From Alphaproteobacteria bacterium (GTDB taxonomy: Bacteria > Pseudomonadota > Alphaproteobacteria > CACIAM-22H2): a stretch of DNA of 64,000 bases. Below, piece after piece: positions 55,134 to 64,000 of the stretch. Numbering within the stretch: the stretch's first letter is position 1; each line of letters begins with the position of its first letter. The translations under genes were made by a program, and so were the position numbers. The notes beneath the pieces are model-generated. The model saw nothing but the letters and a program-made list of their open reading frames with translations, was not told the origin of the DNA and ran no database searches. The stretch spans positions 1,497 to 65,496 of the forward strand of contig JAEUKZ010000077.1 in the NCBI GenBank assembly GCA_016793045.1, in the 5' to 3' direction.

Positions 55134-55429
55134 GCGCGACACCGGCCCAGTTCCGGCGTGTCGCCGAAACGGCGCGGCCGCGCGTCGCGATCACGATCGA
55201 CGGCGCGCCGGCATCGGCGCTGGCCGGCGATACGGTTCTGACCGCGCTGCTGGTCAATGGCCGTCGCGTCCGGCATTCGGATTTCGGCGACGGCCCCCGT
55301 GCCGGGTTCTGCCTGATGGGAGCGTGCCAGGATTGCTGGGTGTGGACCGAAGCCGGCGAGCGGCTGCGTGCCTGTACGACATACGTCGCGGACGGCCTCG
55401 CCATCCGCACGACGCCGGAGGCGCCGTGA
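55130..55429 (+). CDS. (2Fe-2S)-binding small subunit (HcnA-like), second module
   Basis: GTG start overlaps the SDR stop (GTGA). [29 protein letters not shown]...CLMGACQDC. 99 aa. Confidence 0.68.
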   Translation: MSATPAQFRRVAETARPRVAITIDGAPASALAGDTVLTALLVNGRRVRHSDFGDGPRAGFCLMGACQDCWVWTEAGERLRACTTYVADGLAIRTTPEAP

Positions 55430-56802
55430 GCGCCGCGCCGCCGCCCGTCATCGTCGGCGCTGGCCCGGCGGGCGTGCGCGCCGCCTCCGTTCTGGTCGCG
55501 GCCGGGCTGCGCCCGATCGTCATCGACGAGGCGCCGGCGAGCGGCGGGCAGATCTATCGCCGCGCGCCCGCCGGCTTTATGCGCGGCGCCGCGGTCTACG
55601 GCAGCGAGGCGGCGAAGGCGACCGCCATTCACCGCACATTCGACAGCCTCGTCGACCGGATCGACTACCGGCCGCAGACGACGGTATGGAACCTGCGGCC
55701 CGGCCGGCTCTACACGGTTCGCGACGGCGTCTGCGACGAGCTGACCTTCGGCGACATCGTGCTCGCCACCGGCGCCATGGATCGCATCGTGCCGATCCCG
55801 GGCTGGACGATCCCCGGCGTCTACGCGCTGGGCGGCGCGCAGATCTCGCTCAAGGCGCAGGGCTGCGTCGTCGGCGCGCGCACCGCGTTCGTCGGCACCG
55901 GTCCGCTGCTGTGGCTCGTTGCCTATCAGTATCTCAAGGCTGGCGGCACCGTCGCGGCGGTCGTCGACACGACACCCTTCGCAACCAAGGCGCGGCAGCT
56001 TTTCGGACTTCTGCGCGGCGGCAAAACCTTCATCAATGGTCTGCGCTATGTCGCGACGCTGCGGCTGAAGGGCGTGCGAATCACCGAAGGCGCGATCCCG
56101 GTGACGATCGTCGGCAGTACGCACGTGACCGCACTGCGCTGGCGCGAAGCGAGCGGGCGCGAGGGATCGGTCGACTGCGACGCGGTCGCGATCGGCTTCG
56201 GGCTCAAGCCGGAATCACAGCTCGCCGATCTCGCCGGCGTCGCGATGCGCTGGAACGACGGCCAGCGCGTCTGGGAGGCAGCGCGCGACCGCGACGGCCG
56301 CACCGCGGTCGAGGGTGTCTACCTGGCAGGCGACGGCAGCGCGATCGCCGGCGCCGATGCGGCGGAAATCGACGGCGCGCTCGCGGCCTATGCGCTGCTT
56401 GCCGATCGTCGGGTGACGGTTCCTGAAGCGGCCGTGGCGGAACTGCGCACGCGCCGCGCCAGGCTGACGCGGTTCCGCGAAGCGCTTGATGCCGCCTTCC
56501 CCTTCCCCGCTGCTCTTGCCGCAGCCACGGCGGACGACACATTGGTCTGCCGTTGCGAGGCCGTGAATGCCGGCGAGCTCCGCGCGGCCGCACGCGACCT
56601 CGATGCGCGCGAGGTCAATCGCGCCAAGGCATTCAGCCGCGTCGGCATGGGCCGGTGCCAGGGCCGCGTCTGCGGCCCCGTCGCCGTCGAGATCCTGGCG
56701 GCGGCCCTTGGGATGCCGACGCAAGCGCTCGGCGCCCTGCGCGCGCAGCCGCCGATCAAGCCGCTGCCGATGACGGCGGCGGTCAGGCTGGCCGCCGAAT
56801 GA
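55426..56802 (+). CDS. NAD(P)/FAD-dependent oxidoreductase with BFD-like domain (HcnB-like), second module
   Basis: GTG start with GGAG SD and GTGA overlap. VIVGAGPAGVRAA. C-terminal CRCEAV...VGMGRCQGRVCG. Confidence 0.85.
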   Translation: MSAAPPPVIVGAGPAGVRAASVLVAAGLRPIVIDEAPASGGQIYRRAPAGFMRGAAVYGSEAAKATAIHRTFDSLVDRIDYRPQTTVWNLRPGRLYTVRDGVCDELTFGDIVLATGAMDRIVPIPGWTIPGVYALGGAQISLKAQGCVVGARTAFVGTGPLLWLVAYQYLKAGGTVAAVVDTTPFATKARQLFGLLRGGKTFINGLRYVATLRLKGVRITEGAIPVTIVGSTHVTALRWREASGREGSVDCDAVAIGFGLKPESQLADLAGVAMRWNDGQRVWEAARDRDGRTAVEGVYLAGDGSAIAGADAAEIDGALAAYALLADRRVTVPEAAVAELRTRRARLTRFREALDAAFPFPAALAAATADDTLVCRCEAVNAGELRAAARDLDAREVNRAKAFSRVGMGRCQGRVCGPVAVEILAAALGMPTQALGALRAQPPIKPLPMTAAVRLAAE

Positions 56803-57959
56803 GCACGACCACCACCGACGTCGCGATCATCGGCGGCGGCGGCGCCGGCTGCGCCACCGCGCTGCATCTCGCGTGGCGCAAGGCGCGCTGCGTCCTGCTC
56901 GAGCGCGGCTTCGTCGGCGGCCAGGCGAGCGGCGTCAACTATGGCGGCGTGCGTCAGCAGGGCCGCGACCCTGCTGAACTGCCGATCGCGCGACGCGCGC
57001 GAGAGATATGGGGCCGCCTGCCCGAGCTGATCGGCACCGATTGCGAGTTCAGCGTATCCGGCCATCTCAAGCTCGCGCGCGACCACGCGGAGGAGGCCGA
57101 ACTCGTCGCCTACGCGGAGACCGCCCGCGAGTACGGCATCGAGCTCCGCGTGATCGGCCGCAATGCGATTCGCGCCGAATATCCGTGGCTGAGCGACCAG
57201 GTCGTCGCAGGGTCGTTCTGCGCCGATGACGGCCAGGCCAATCCGCGGCTGCTCTGCCCCGCACTCGCCCGCGCGGCGCGCCGCGCCGGTGCCGACATCC
57301 GCGAGAACGCGCGCGTCAGCGACATTGCGCGCGACGGCGACGGGTTCGTCATCCGCACCGCCGACGGCAACGAGGTTCGCTCGTCGATCCTCGTCAACGC
57401 GGCGGGCGCCTGGGGCGGCGAGATCAGCGCGCGCTTCGGCGAGCCCGTGCCGATTGAGACGATCGCGCCGAATATGGCGGTGACGGAGCCCATTCCCTAT
57501 TTCATCAAGCCCAATCTTGGCGTCTGCGGCGGCAACGTCTATTGCCGGCAGATCCCGCGCGGCAACGTCATCCTCGGCGGCGGCCGCGGCGAGGCTGATG
57601 CCGTCGCGATGCGCGCGCGCGCTCTGCCGGAAATCACGCTCGCCGCCCTGCGCCGCGCCGTGGCGCTGGTGCCGCGGCTCGCCAGCGCCACCATCATACG
57701 GACCTGGACGGGGATCGAGGGCTATCTGCCCGACGACATTCCCGTCGTCGGCCCGAGCCGGACGACCCCCGGCCTTTTTCACGCATTCGGCTTCTCGGGT
57801 CACGGATTTGCCATCGGACCAGCAATCGGTGCGATCATGAGCGAACTCGTGCTCGATGGACGCAGCACCACGCCGATCGGCGCCTTGACGATCGATCGCT
57901 TCGGCGGCTGCGACAAAGTGGGAGAATTGCCAGACCGGGCGCGATCGCGGAACCATTGA
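56799..57959 (+). CDS. FAD-dependent oxidoreductase (HcnC-like), second module
   Basis: MSTTTTDVAIIGGGGAGCATALHLA. ATGA overlap. Confidence 0.85.
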   Translation: MSTTTTDVAIIGGGGAGCATALHLAWRKARCVLLERGFVGGQASGVNYGGVRQQGRDPAELPIARRAREIWGRLPELIGTDCEFSVSGHLKLARDHAEEAELVAYAETAREYGIELRVIGRNAIRAEYPWLSDQVVAGSFCADDGQANPRLLCPALARAARRAGADIRENARVSDIARDGDGFVIRTADGNEVRSSILVNAAGAWGGEISARFGEPVPIETIAPNMAVTEPIPYFIKPNLGVCGGNVYCRQIPRGNVILGGGRGEADAVAMRARALPEITLAALRRAVALVPRLASATIIRTWTGIEGYLPDDIPVVGPSRTTPGLFHAFGFSGHGFAIGPAIGAIMSELVLDGRSTTPIGALTIDRFGGCDKVGELPDRARSRNH

Positions 57960-57997
57960 ACCAGGCACCCCCAAGACCACAAAACCAGGAGGCTCAG

Positions 57998-59551
57998 ATG
58001 CGCATTTCACGACGGGCATTCACGGCAGGCGCCGCGGCGATCCTCGCCAGCACGGGCGCTTCGGCACAGCAGCAGCCGAAGAAGGTGCTCAATGTCGGCA
58101 TGGCTGCCCAGGATATCGGCCGTCTCGACCCGAACTACGCGACGACGACGATCGATCTCGTCGTCGTCGGCTGGATGTTCAACGGCCTGGTGCGCTTCCG
58201 CCCCGGCAGCATGAACCCCGAGACGATCGAGCCGGACCTGGCGGAACGCTGGCAGTCCTCGCCCGACGGCAAGACCTGGACCTTCCAGCTCCGCCGCGGC
58301 GTGCAGTTCCACGGCGGCTACGGCGAGATGAAGGCCGGCGACGTCGTCTTCTCCCTGCTGCGCGCGGCCGACCCGCAGCGCTCGGGCTTCGCCGCCGACT
58401 TCCGCGCCTTCGACGCCGTCGAGGCAGTCGACGACTACACCGTGCGGCTCCGCCTCAAGGAGAACGTGCCCAGCCTGCTTGGCCTGGTCACGAACTATCA
58501 CGGCGGGATGATCGTCAGCAAACGCGCGGTGGAGGAGCGCGGCGAGCGCTTCCAGCGCGAACCGATCGGCACGGGCCCGTTCGCCTACGGCGAACTGCGC
58601 GCACGCCAATCGCTCGAACTCGTCGCGCATGAGCAGTATTTCCGCGGTCGCCCGAAGCTCGACCGCATCAGCTACCGCTTCATCCAGTCCGACGCGAGCC
58701 GCGACCTCGCCTTCCAGAACGGCGAAATCGATCTGATGCTCGGCCGCCAGGAGCAGACCTGGGCCGACCGCGTGAAGCAGATTCCCAACGCCGCGGTCGA
58801 CGTGTTCGAGCCGGGCGAGCTGTCGATGCTTCACATCAACGTCACCCAGGCGCCGTTCAACGACATCCGCGTGCGTCAGGCGGTTGCGCACGCGATCAAC
58901 CGCGAGGAGTTGGTCCGCTTCAAGGGTGCCGACGTCTCGCGCATGCCGCAGTCGGTCATCCCGATGGGCTATCTCGGCTCCGCCCAGGCGCCGCTTCTGC
59001 CGTTCAACCAGGAGCGCGCCCGCGCACTGCTGCGTGAAGCTGGACATCCCAACGGCCTGACCGTCCGCGTCATCCACACGCAACTCCCCAGCATGCTCGC
59101 CGGCATGCAGGTGGTGCAGTCTCAGCTCAGGCGGGTCGGCATCAACATGGAGATGGAGGTCGTCGAGCACGCGACCTTCCACGCCCAGATCCGCCGCAAT
59201 CTGAGCCCGATCGTCCACTACGCCGCGGCGCGCTTCCCGATCGCAGACACGTACCTGACGCAGTTCTTCCACTCGCGCTCGATCGTCGGCACGCCGACTG
59301 CGGTGACGAATTTCTGCCACACCAACATCGCCGATGCGGAGATCGACGCCGCGCGCGTTTCGACCGACGCCAATGAACAGCGCCGGCTGTGGGGCGAGGC
59401 ACAGCGCAAGCTTGCCGAGCAGGTCTGCGCCGTGCCGATGTACGAGGGCCTGCAGGTATGGGGCCGCCGCGCCAATCTGGAATACGGCCATCCGCTCCAG
59501 GGCAGCCTCAGCCTCGGGCCGATGATCACCGAACTCACCCACTTCAAGTGA
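57998..59551 (+). CDS. ABC transporter substrate-binding protein, family 5 (peptide/opine type)
   Basis: AGGAGG lies 6 nt before the ATG. MRISRRAFTAGAAAILASTGASAQQ signal. 517 aa. Confidence 0.9.
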   Translation: MRISRRAFTAGAAAILASTGASAQQQPKKVLNVGMAAQDIGRLDPNYATTTIDLVVVGWMFNGLVRFRPGSMNPETIEPDLAERWQSSPDGKTWTFQLRRGVQFHGGYGEMKAGDVVFSLLRAADPQRSGFAADFRAFDAVEAVDDYTVRLRLKENVPSLLGLVTNYHGGMIVSKRAVEERGERFQREPIGTGPFAYGELRARQSLELVAHEQYFRGRPKLDRISYRFIQSDASRDLAFQNGEIDLMLGRQEQTWADRVKQIPNAAVDVFEPGELSMLHINVTQAPFNDIRVRQAVAHAINREELVRFKGADVSRMPQSVIPMGYLGSAQAPLLPFNQERARALLREAGHPNGLTVRVIHTQLPSMLAGMQVVQSQLRRVGINMEMEVVEHATFHAQIRRNLSPIVHYAAARFPIADTYLTQFFHSRSIVGTPTAVTNFCHTNIADAEIDAARVSTDANEQRRLWGEAQRKLAEQVCAVPMYEGLQVWGRRANLEYGHPLQGSLSLGPMITELTHFK

Positions 59552-59576
59552 GCTCGTAGGACCGGGGGAGACGACC

Positions 59577-60518
59577 GTGGGCCGCTATATCCTGAAACGG
59601 CTCGCCGCGGCGGTGCCGACGCTGCTCGCGGTGCTCACGGTCGTCTTCCTGCTGGTCCGGGTCGTCCCCGGCGACCCGGCCCAGACCATCCTCGGCGATC
59701 AGGCGACGGCCGAGGCGCTCGCCGCCCTGCGCGCGCGCCTCGGCCTCGACCGCCCGCTGCACGTCCAGTATTTCGAGTTCGTGTTCGCGGCGCTGCGCGG
59801 CGACCTCGGCAACTCGCTGGTATCCGGCCGGCCGATCATCGACGAGGTCGTGGCGGTGCTGCCGCACACGATCGACCTCACGCTGGCCGCGCTGGTCATC
59901 GGATCGATCTTCGGCATCCCGCTCGGCATCTGGGCGGCGATGCACCGCAACCGCTTCATCGACTACGTGACGCGGATCGGCTCGCTGCTCGGCCTCTCCT
60001 TCCCGGTGTTCGTGTCCGGCATCTTCCTGCTGCTCGTCTTCGCGCTGCACTGGCGCTGGTTCCCGGTCATCGGCACCAGCAGTTCGGCCGATTTCGGCGA
60101 CCGCATGCACCGGCTCGTCCTTCCTGCCGTCAATCTCGGCCTCATCATGGCCGCCTACATCACCCGCGTGACGCGCTCGGCGATGCTCCAGGTCCTCGGC
60201 GAGGACTACGTGCGCACGGCGCGCGCCAAGGGCGTGCCGCGGCGCGTCGTCGTGTGGCGCCACGCGCTGCGCAACGCGCTGATCCCGGTGGTGACCGTGA
60301 TCGGCCTCTATCTCGGAATCCTGATCGGCAACTCGGTGCTGACCGAGATCGTCTTCAACCGTCCGGGGCTCGGCAAGGTGATCGTCGGCGCGCTCAACCA
60401 GCGCGACTATCCGATGCTGCAAGGCCTGCTCGTGATCTACTGCTTCCTCATCGTCGTCGTGAACATCGCCACCGACCTGACCTATGGCCTCATCGACCCG
60501 CGGGTGAAACACGCATGA
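59577..60518 (+). CDS. peptide/opine ABC transporter permease (DppB-like)
   Basis: GTG start is preceded by GGGGGAG. 313 aa, 6 TM. Confidence 0.85.
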   Translation: MGRYILKRLAAAVPTLLAVLTVVFLLVRVVPGDPAQTILGDQATAEALAALRARLGLDRPLHVQYFEFVFAALRGDLGNSLVSGRPIIDEVVAVLPHTIDLTLAALVIGSIFGIPLGIWAAMHRNRFIDYVTRIGSLLGLSFPVFVSGIFLLLVFALHWRWFPVIGTSSSADFGDRMHRLVLPAVNLGLIMAAYITRVTRSAMLQVLGEDYVRTARAKGVPRRVVVWRHALRNALIPVVTVIGLYLGILIGNSVLTEIVFNRPGLGKVIVGALNQRDYPMLQGLLVIYCFLIVVVNIATDLTYGLIDPRVKHA

Positions 60519-61408
60519 AGCCGGCCGAAGCCATCGACGACATCGCCGACGCGCCGCCCGAGCCGCGCAGCGCGCTCGTCCGCGCCTTCGCCGTCTTCAA
60601 TGCCAACAAGACCTCGTGGGTCGGCGTCATCGTGTTCGGCGCGATCGTCGCCATGGCGGCGCTGGCGCCGCTCATCTCGCCCTACGATCCGATCGAGCAG
60701 GACATCATCGCGCGACTCCAGCCGCCCTCCGCCGAGCACTGGTTCGGTACGGACATGTTCGGGCGCGACGTGCTGTCGCGCGTCATCTGGGGCTCGCAGA
60801 TCTCGCTGATCGTGTCGATCGCGTCGATCGCGGTGGCGCTGCTGGTCGGCGGCACGATCGGGCTCGTGTCGGGCTACATCGGCGGGCGCACCGACCTGCT
60901 GATCATGCAGGCGATGGACGTGCTGCTGTCATTCCCATCGCTGATCATGGGCCTGATCGTCGTCGCCATGCTCGGGCCCGACCTGATCAATCTGATCATC
61001 GCCATCGCGCTGACCGCGGTGGCCCCGTTCGCGCGCATCGCCCGCGCGCCGACGATCGTGCTCAAGGAACGCGCCTTCGTCGAGGCGGGCCGCGCGCTCG
61101 GCTTCTCGCACATCCGCATCGTGCTGGTGCACATCCTGCCGAATCTGCTCGCCGAGGTCCTGGTGATGGGCTCGCTGTGGATGGCGACCGCGGTGCGTGT
61201 CGAGGCCAGCCTGAGCTTCATCGGCCTGGGCGTGCGGCCGCCGACGCCGACCTGGGGCGGCATGATCAACGAGGGCTTCGAGAACATCCTCGACGCGCCA
61301 TGGCTGTCGATCTATCCGGGCCTCGCGATCCTGATCCTCGTCTTCGCGCTGAACATGCTTGGCGACGGCCTGCGCGACGCCACCGACCCCAAGCTGCGCG
61401 GCGAGTGA
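60515..61408 (+). CDS. peptide/opine ABC transporter permease (DppC-like)
   Basis: [13 protein letters not shown] overlap. 297 aa. Confidence 0.85.
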   Translation: MKPAEAIDDIADAPPEPRSALVRAFAVFNANKTSWVGVIVFGAIVAMAALAPLISPYDPIEQDIIARLQPPSAEHWFGTDMFGRDVLSRVIWGSQISLIVSIASIAVALLVGGTIGLVSGYIGGRTDLLIMQAMDVLLSFPSLIMGLIVVAMLGPDLINLIIAIALTAVAPFARIARAPTIVLKERAFVEAGRALGFSHIRIVLVHILPNLLAEVLVMGSLWMATAVRVEASLSFIGLGVRPPTPTWGGMINEGFENILDAPWLSIYPGLAILILVFALNMLGDGLRDATDPKLRGE

Positions 61409-61410
61409 CC

Positions 61411-62406
<996 letters not shown>

Positions 62407-62432
62407 CGAGCAGCGCAGGGCGCGGGGGCATC

Positions 62433-64000
62433 ATGTATCGGGTCGGTTTCGATGTCGGCGGCACGTTCACCGATTTCACGCTGTTGCGCGAGGAGGACGG
62501 CGCGGTCAGCTATCACAAGGTCCCCTCGACGCCCGACGATCCGTCGCGCGCGATCGAGACCGGCCTCGCCGCGCTGATCGCCCGCCACGCCATATCGCCA
62601 AGCGATTTCGCCCATGTCGGCCACGGCACCACGGTCGCGACCAACCTGACGATCGAGCGCAAGGGCGCGGTCACCGGCCTGCTGACGACGAAGGGGTTCC
62701 GTGACGCGCTCGAGATCGGCCGTCAGACCCGCCCGCATCTCTACGACTATTCGGTGCGCAAGCCGCCGCCGCTGGTGCCGCGCGAGTTGCGCGTCGAGGT
62801 CGCAGAGCGCGTGCTCGCGGACGGAACGGTGATGATGCCGCTCGACGATGAGGCCGTCGAAGCCGCCGCGAGGAGGTTTGCCGCGGCGGGCTGCAAGGCC
62901 GTCGCGATCTGCTTCATCCATGCCTATCGCCGGCCGGACCACGAGCGCCGCGCACGCGAGATCGTCCGGCGGGTCATGCCCGACGTCTACGTGACGCTGT
63001 CGTCGGACGTGCTGCCGGAATTCCGCGAGTACGAGCGCATGTCGACGACGGTGCTCAACGCCTATATGGGCCCGCGCATGGGCGGCTACCTCGCGAGGTT
63101 CCTCGAGCGCGTGCGCGGCCTGGCGATCCCCGTCGAGCCCTACACGATCCATTCCAACGGCGGGCTGATGTCGGTCGAGACGGTGCGCGCGGTGCCGGTG
63201 CGCACCTGCCTGTCCGGCCCCGCCGCGGGCGTGATCGGTGCCGCCAATGTCGGCCGCGCTTCGGGCTTTCCCAATCTCGTCACCTTCGACGTCGGCGGCA
63301 CCTCGACCGACGTGTCGCTGGTGCACGACGGCCAGCCGCTCTTCGCCTCCAACCGCCTCGTCGCCGACTATCCGATCAAGACGCCGATGATCGACATCCA
63401 CGTCATCGGCGCCGGCGGCGGGTCGATCGCTGCGATCGACGATGCCGGCGCGCTCAAGGTCGGCCCGCGCAGCGCAGGGGCAGCACCCGGGCCGATCGCC
63501 TACGGCAAGGGCGGCACGCAGGTGACGATCACCGACGCCAACATCGTGCTCGGCCGGCTCAACCCGGTGGCGCTGCTCGACGGCGCCATGCCGGTCGACG
63601 CGGCCGCCGCGCGCGCGGCGATCGATGCGCAGATCGCGCGGCCGCTCGGCCTCACCACCGAGGAGGCGGCGCACGGCATCGTGCGCATCGCCAACGCCAA
63701 CATGGCGCGTGCCATCCGCTCGGTATCGACCGAGCGCGGCTACGACGTACGCGAGTTCGCGCTCTTCGCCTATGGCGGTGCCGGACCGCTGCACGCGGTC
63801 GAGCTTGCCGCCGACTGCGGGATCGCGACGGTGCTGATTCCGCAGGAGCCGGGCACGCTGTGCGCGCGGGGCATCCTTCTGTCGGACATCTCGCTCGACT
63901 TCGTGCGCACGATGATCGTCGAGCTCGGCGAGGCGAGCTGGCGCGAGGCGATCGGCGTGTTCGAGGCGATGCGTGCCGACGCGACGCGCTGGCTCGAAGG
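62433..64000 (+). CDS. hydantoinase/oxoprolinase family protein, A subunit (HyuA-like), 5' partial (continues past window end)
   Basis: Hand translation of the open frame from the ATG at 62433: MYRVGFDVGGTFTDFTLLREEDG...TFDVGGTSTDVSLV. There is no stop within the window, which is why it is absent from the ORF track. Confidence 0.85.
   Translation, partial: MYRVGFDVGGTFTDFTLLREEDGAVSYHKVPSTPDDPSRAIETGLAALIARHAISPSDFAHVGHGTTVATNLTIERKGAVTGLLTTKGFRDALEIGRQTRPHLYDYSVRKPPPLVPRELRVEVAERVLADGTVMMPLDDEAVEAAARRFAAAGCKAVAICFIHAYRRPDHERRAREIVRRVMPDVYVTLSSDVLPEFREYERMSTTVLNAYMGPRMGGYLARFLERVRGLAIPVEPYTIHSNGGLMSVETVRAVPVRTCLSGPAAGVIGAANVGRASGFPNLVTFDVGGTSTDVSLVHDGQPLFASNRLVADYPIKTPMIDIHVIGAGGGSIAAIDDAGALKVGPRSAGAAPGPIAYGKGGTQVTITDANIVLGRLNPVALLDGAMPVDAAAARAAIDAQIARPLGLTTEEAAHGIVRIANANMARAIRSVSTERGYDVREFALFAYGGAGPLHAVELAADCGIATVLIPQEPGTLCARGILLSDISLDFVRTMIVELGEASWREAIGVFEAMRADATRWLE

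Overview
This is a high-GC (about 67-68% by eye), gene-dense chromosomal segment that looks alphaproteobacterial. Coding density is roughly 90%. I found no rRNA, CRISPR array, IS element, transposase or integrase. Most long ORFs in the six-frame track are GC-driven antisense shadows of the real genes. The track also reports GTG and TTG starts as M, so I re-derived gene boundaries by hand.

From left to right:
- The 5' part of polA with a small zinc-finger protein gene upstream.
- An orphan ABC-2 type ATPase and a lipoprotein alpha/beta hydrolase.
- A tRNA-Arg(CCG).
- An 11-gene minus-strand block with two tandem carbohydrate ABC uptake operons. Both substrate-binding proteins carry twin-arginine (Tat) signals and neither operon has an ATPase gene. 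Enzymes for non-phosphorylative sugar-acid catabolism are interleaved: an enolase-superfamily dehydratase, two DapA-family enzymes and an SDR.
- An unusual IclR-regulator::SMP-30/gluconolactonase fusion gene and an MFS transporter.
- A minus-strand module I consider the most interesting part of the window. It is a Dpp-type peptide ABC transporter, then a C45-family autoproteolytic Ntn hydrolase, then a sensor-less PspF-like sigma-54 activator, then an AtuA-like (DUF1446)/DUF4387 pair. Two good sigma-54 promoter candidates, an IHF site and a shared palindrome TGCGTG-N5-CACGCC sit in front of it.
- A glycerol module (GlpA-like FAD oxidoreductase with a BFD domain, a second flavoprotein, glpK), a class II aldolase and a small secreted protein.
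- A protocatechuate/beta-ketoadipate operon in the order pcaI, pcaJ, pcaD, pcaC, pcaH, pcaG, pcaB, pcaR, with PcaR-box-like repeats upstream.
- A system of a circularly permuted ATP-grasp::alpha-E fusion, a transglutaminase and a large 1117-aa transglutaminase (peptide-ligase/tagging-like).
- Two paralogous HcnABC/opine-oxidase-like flavoprotein modules, each with a family-5 substrate-binding protein. The second carries a full peptide/opine-type ABC transporter, an SDR, an XRE-cupin regulator and the start of a hydantoinase A gene.

Start/stop overlaps of the ATGA, GTGA or TGATG type, implying translational coupling, are very frequent.
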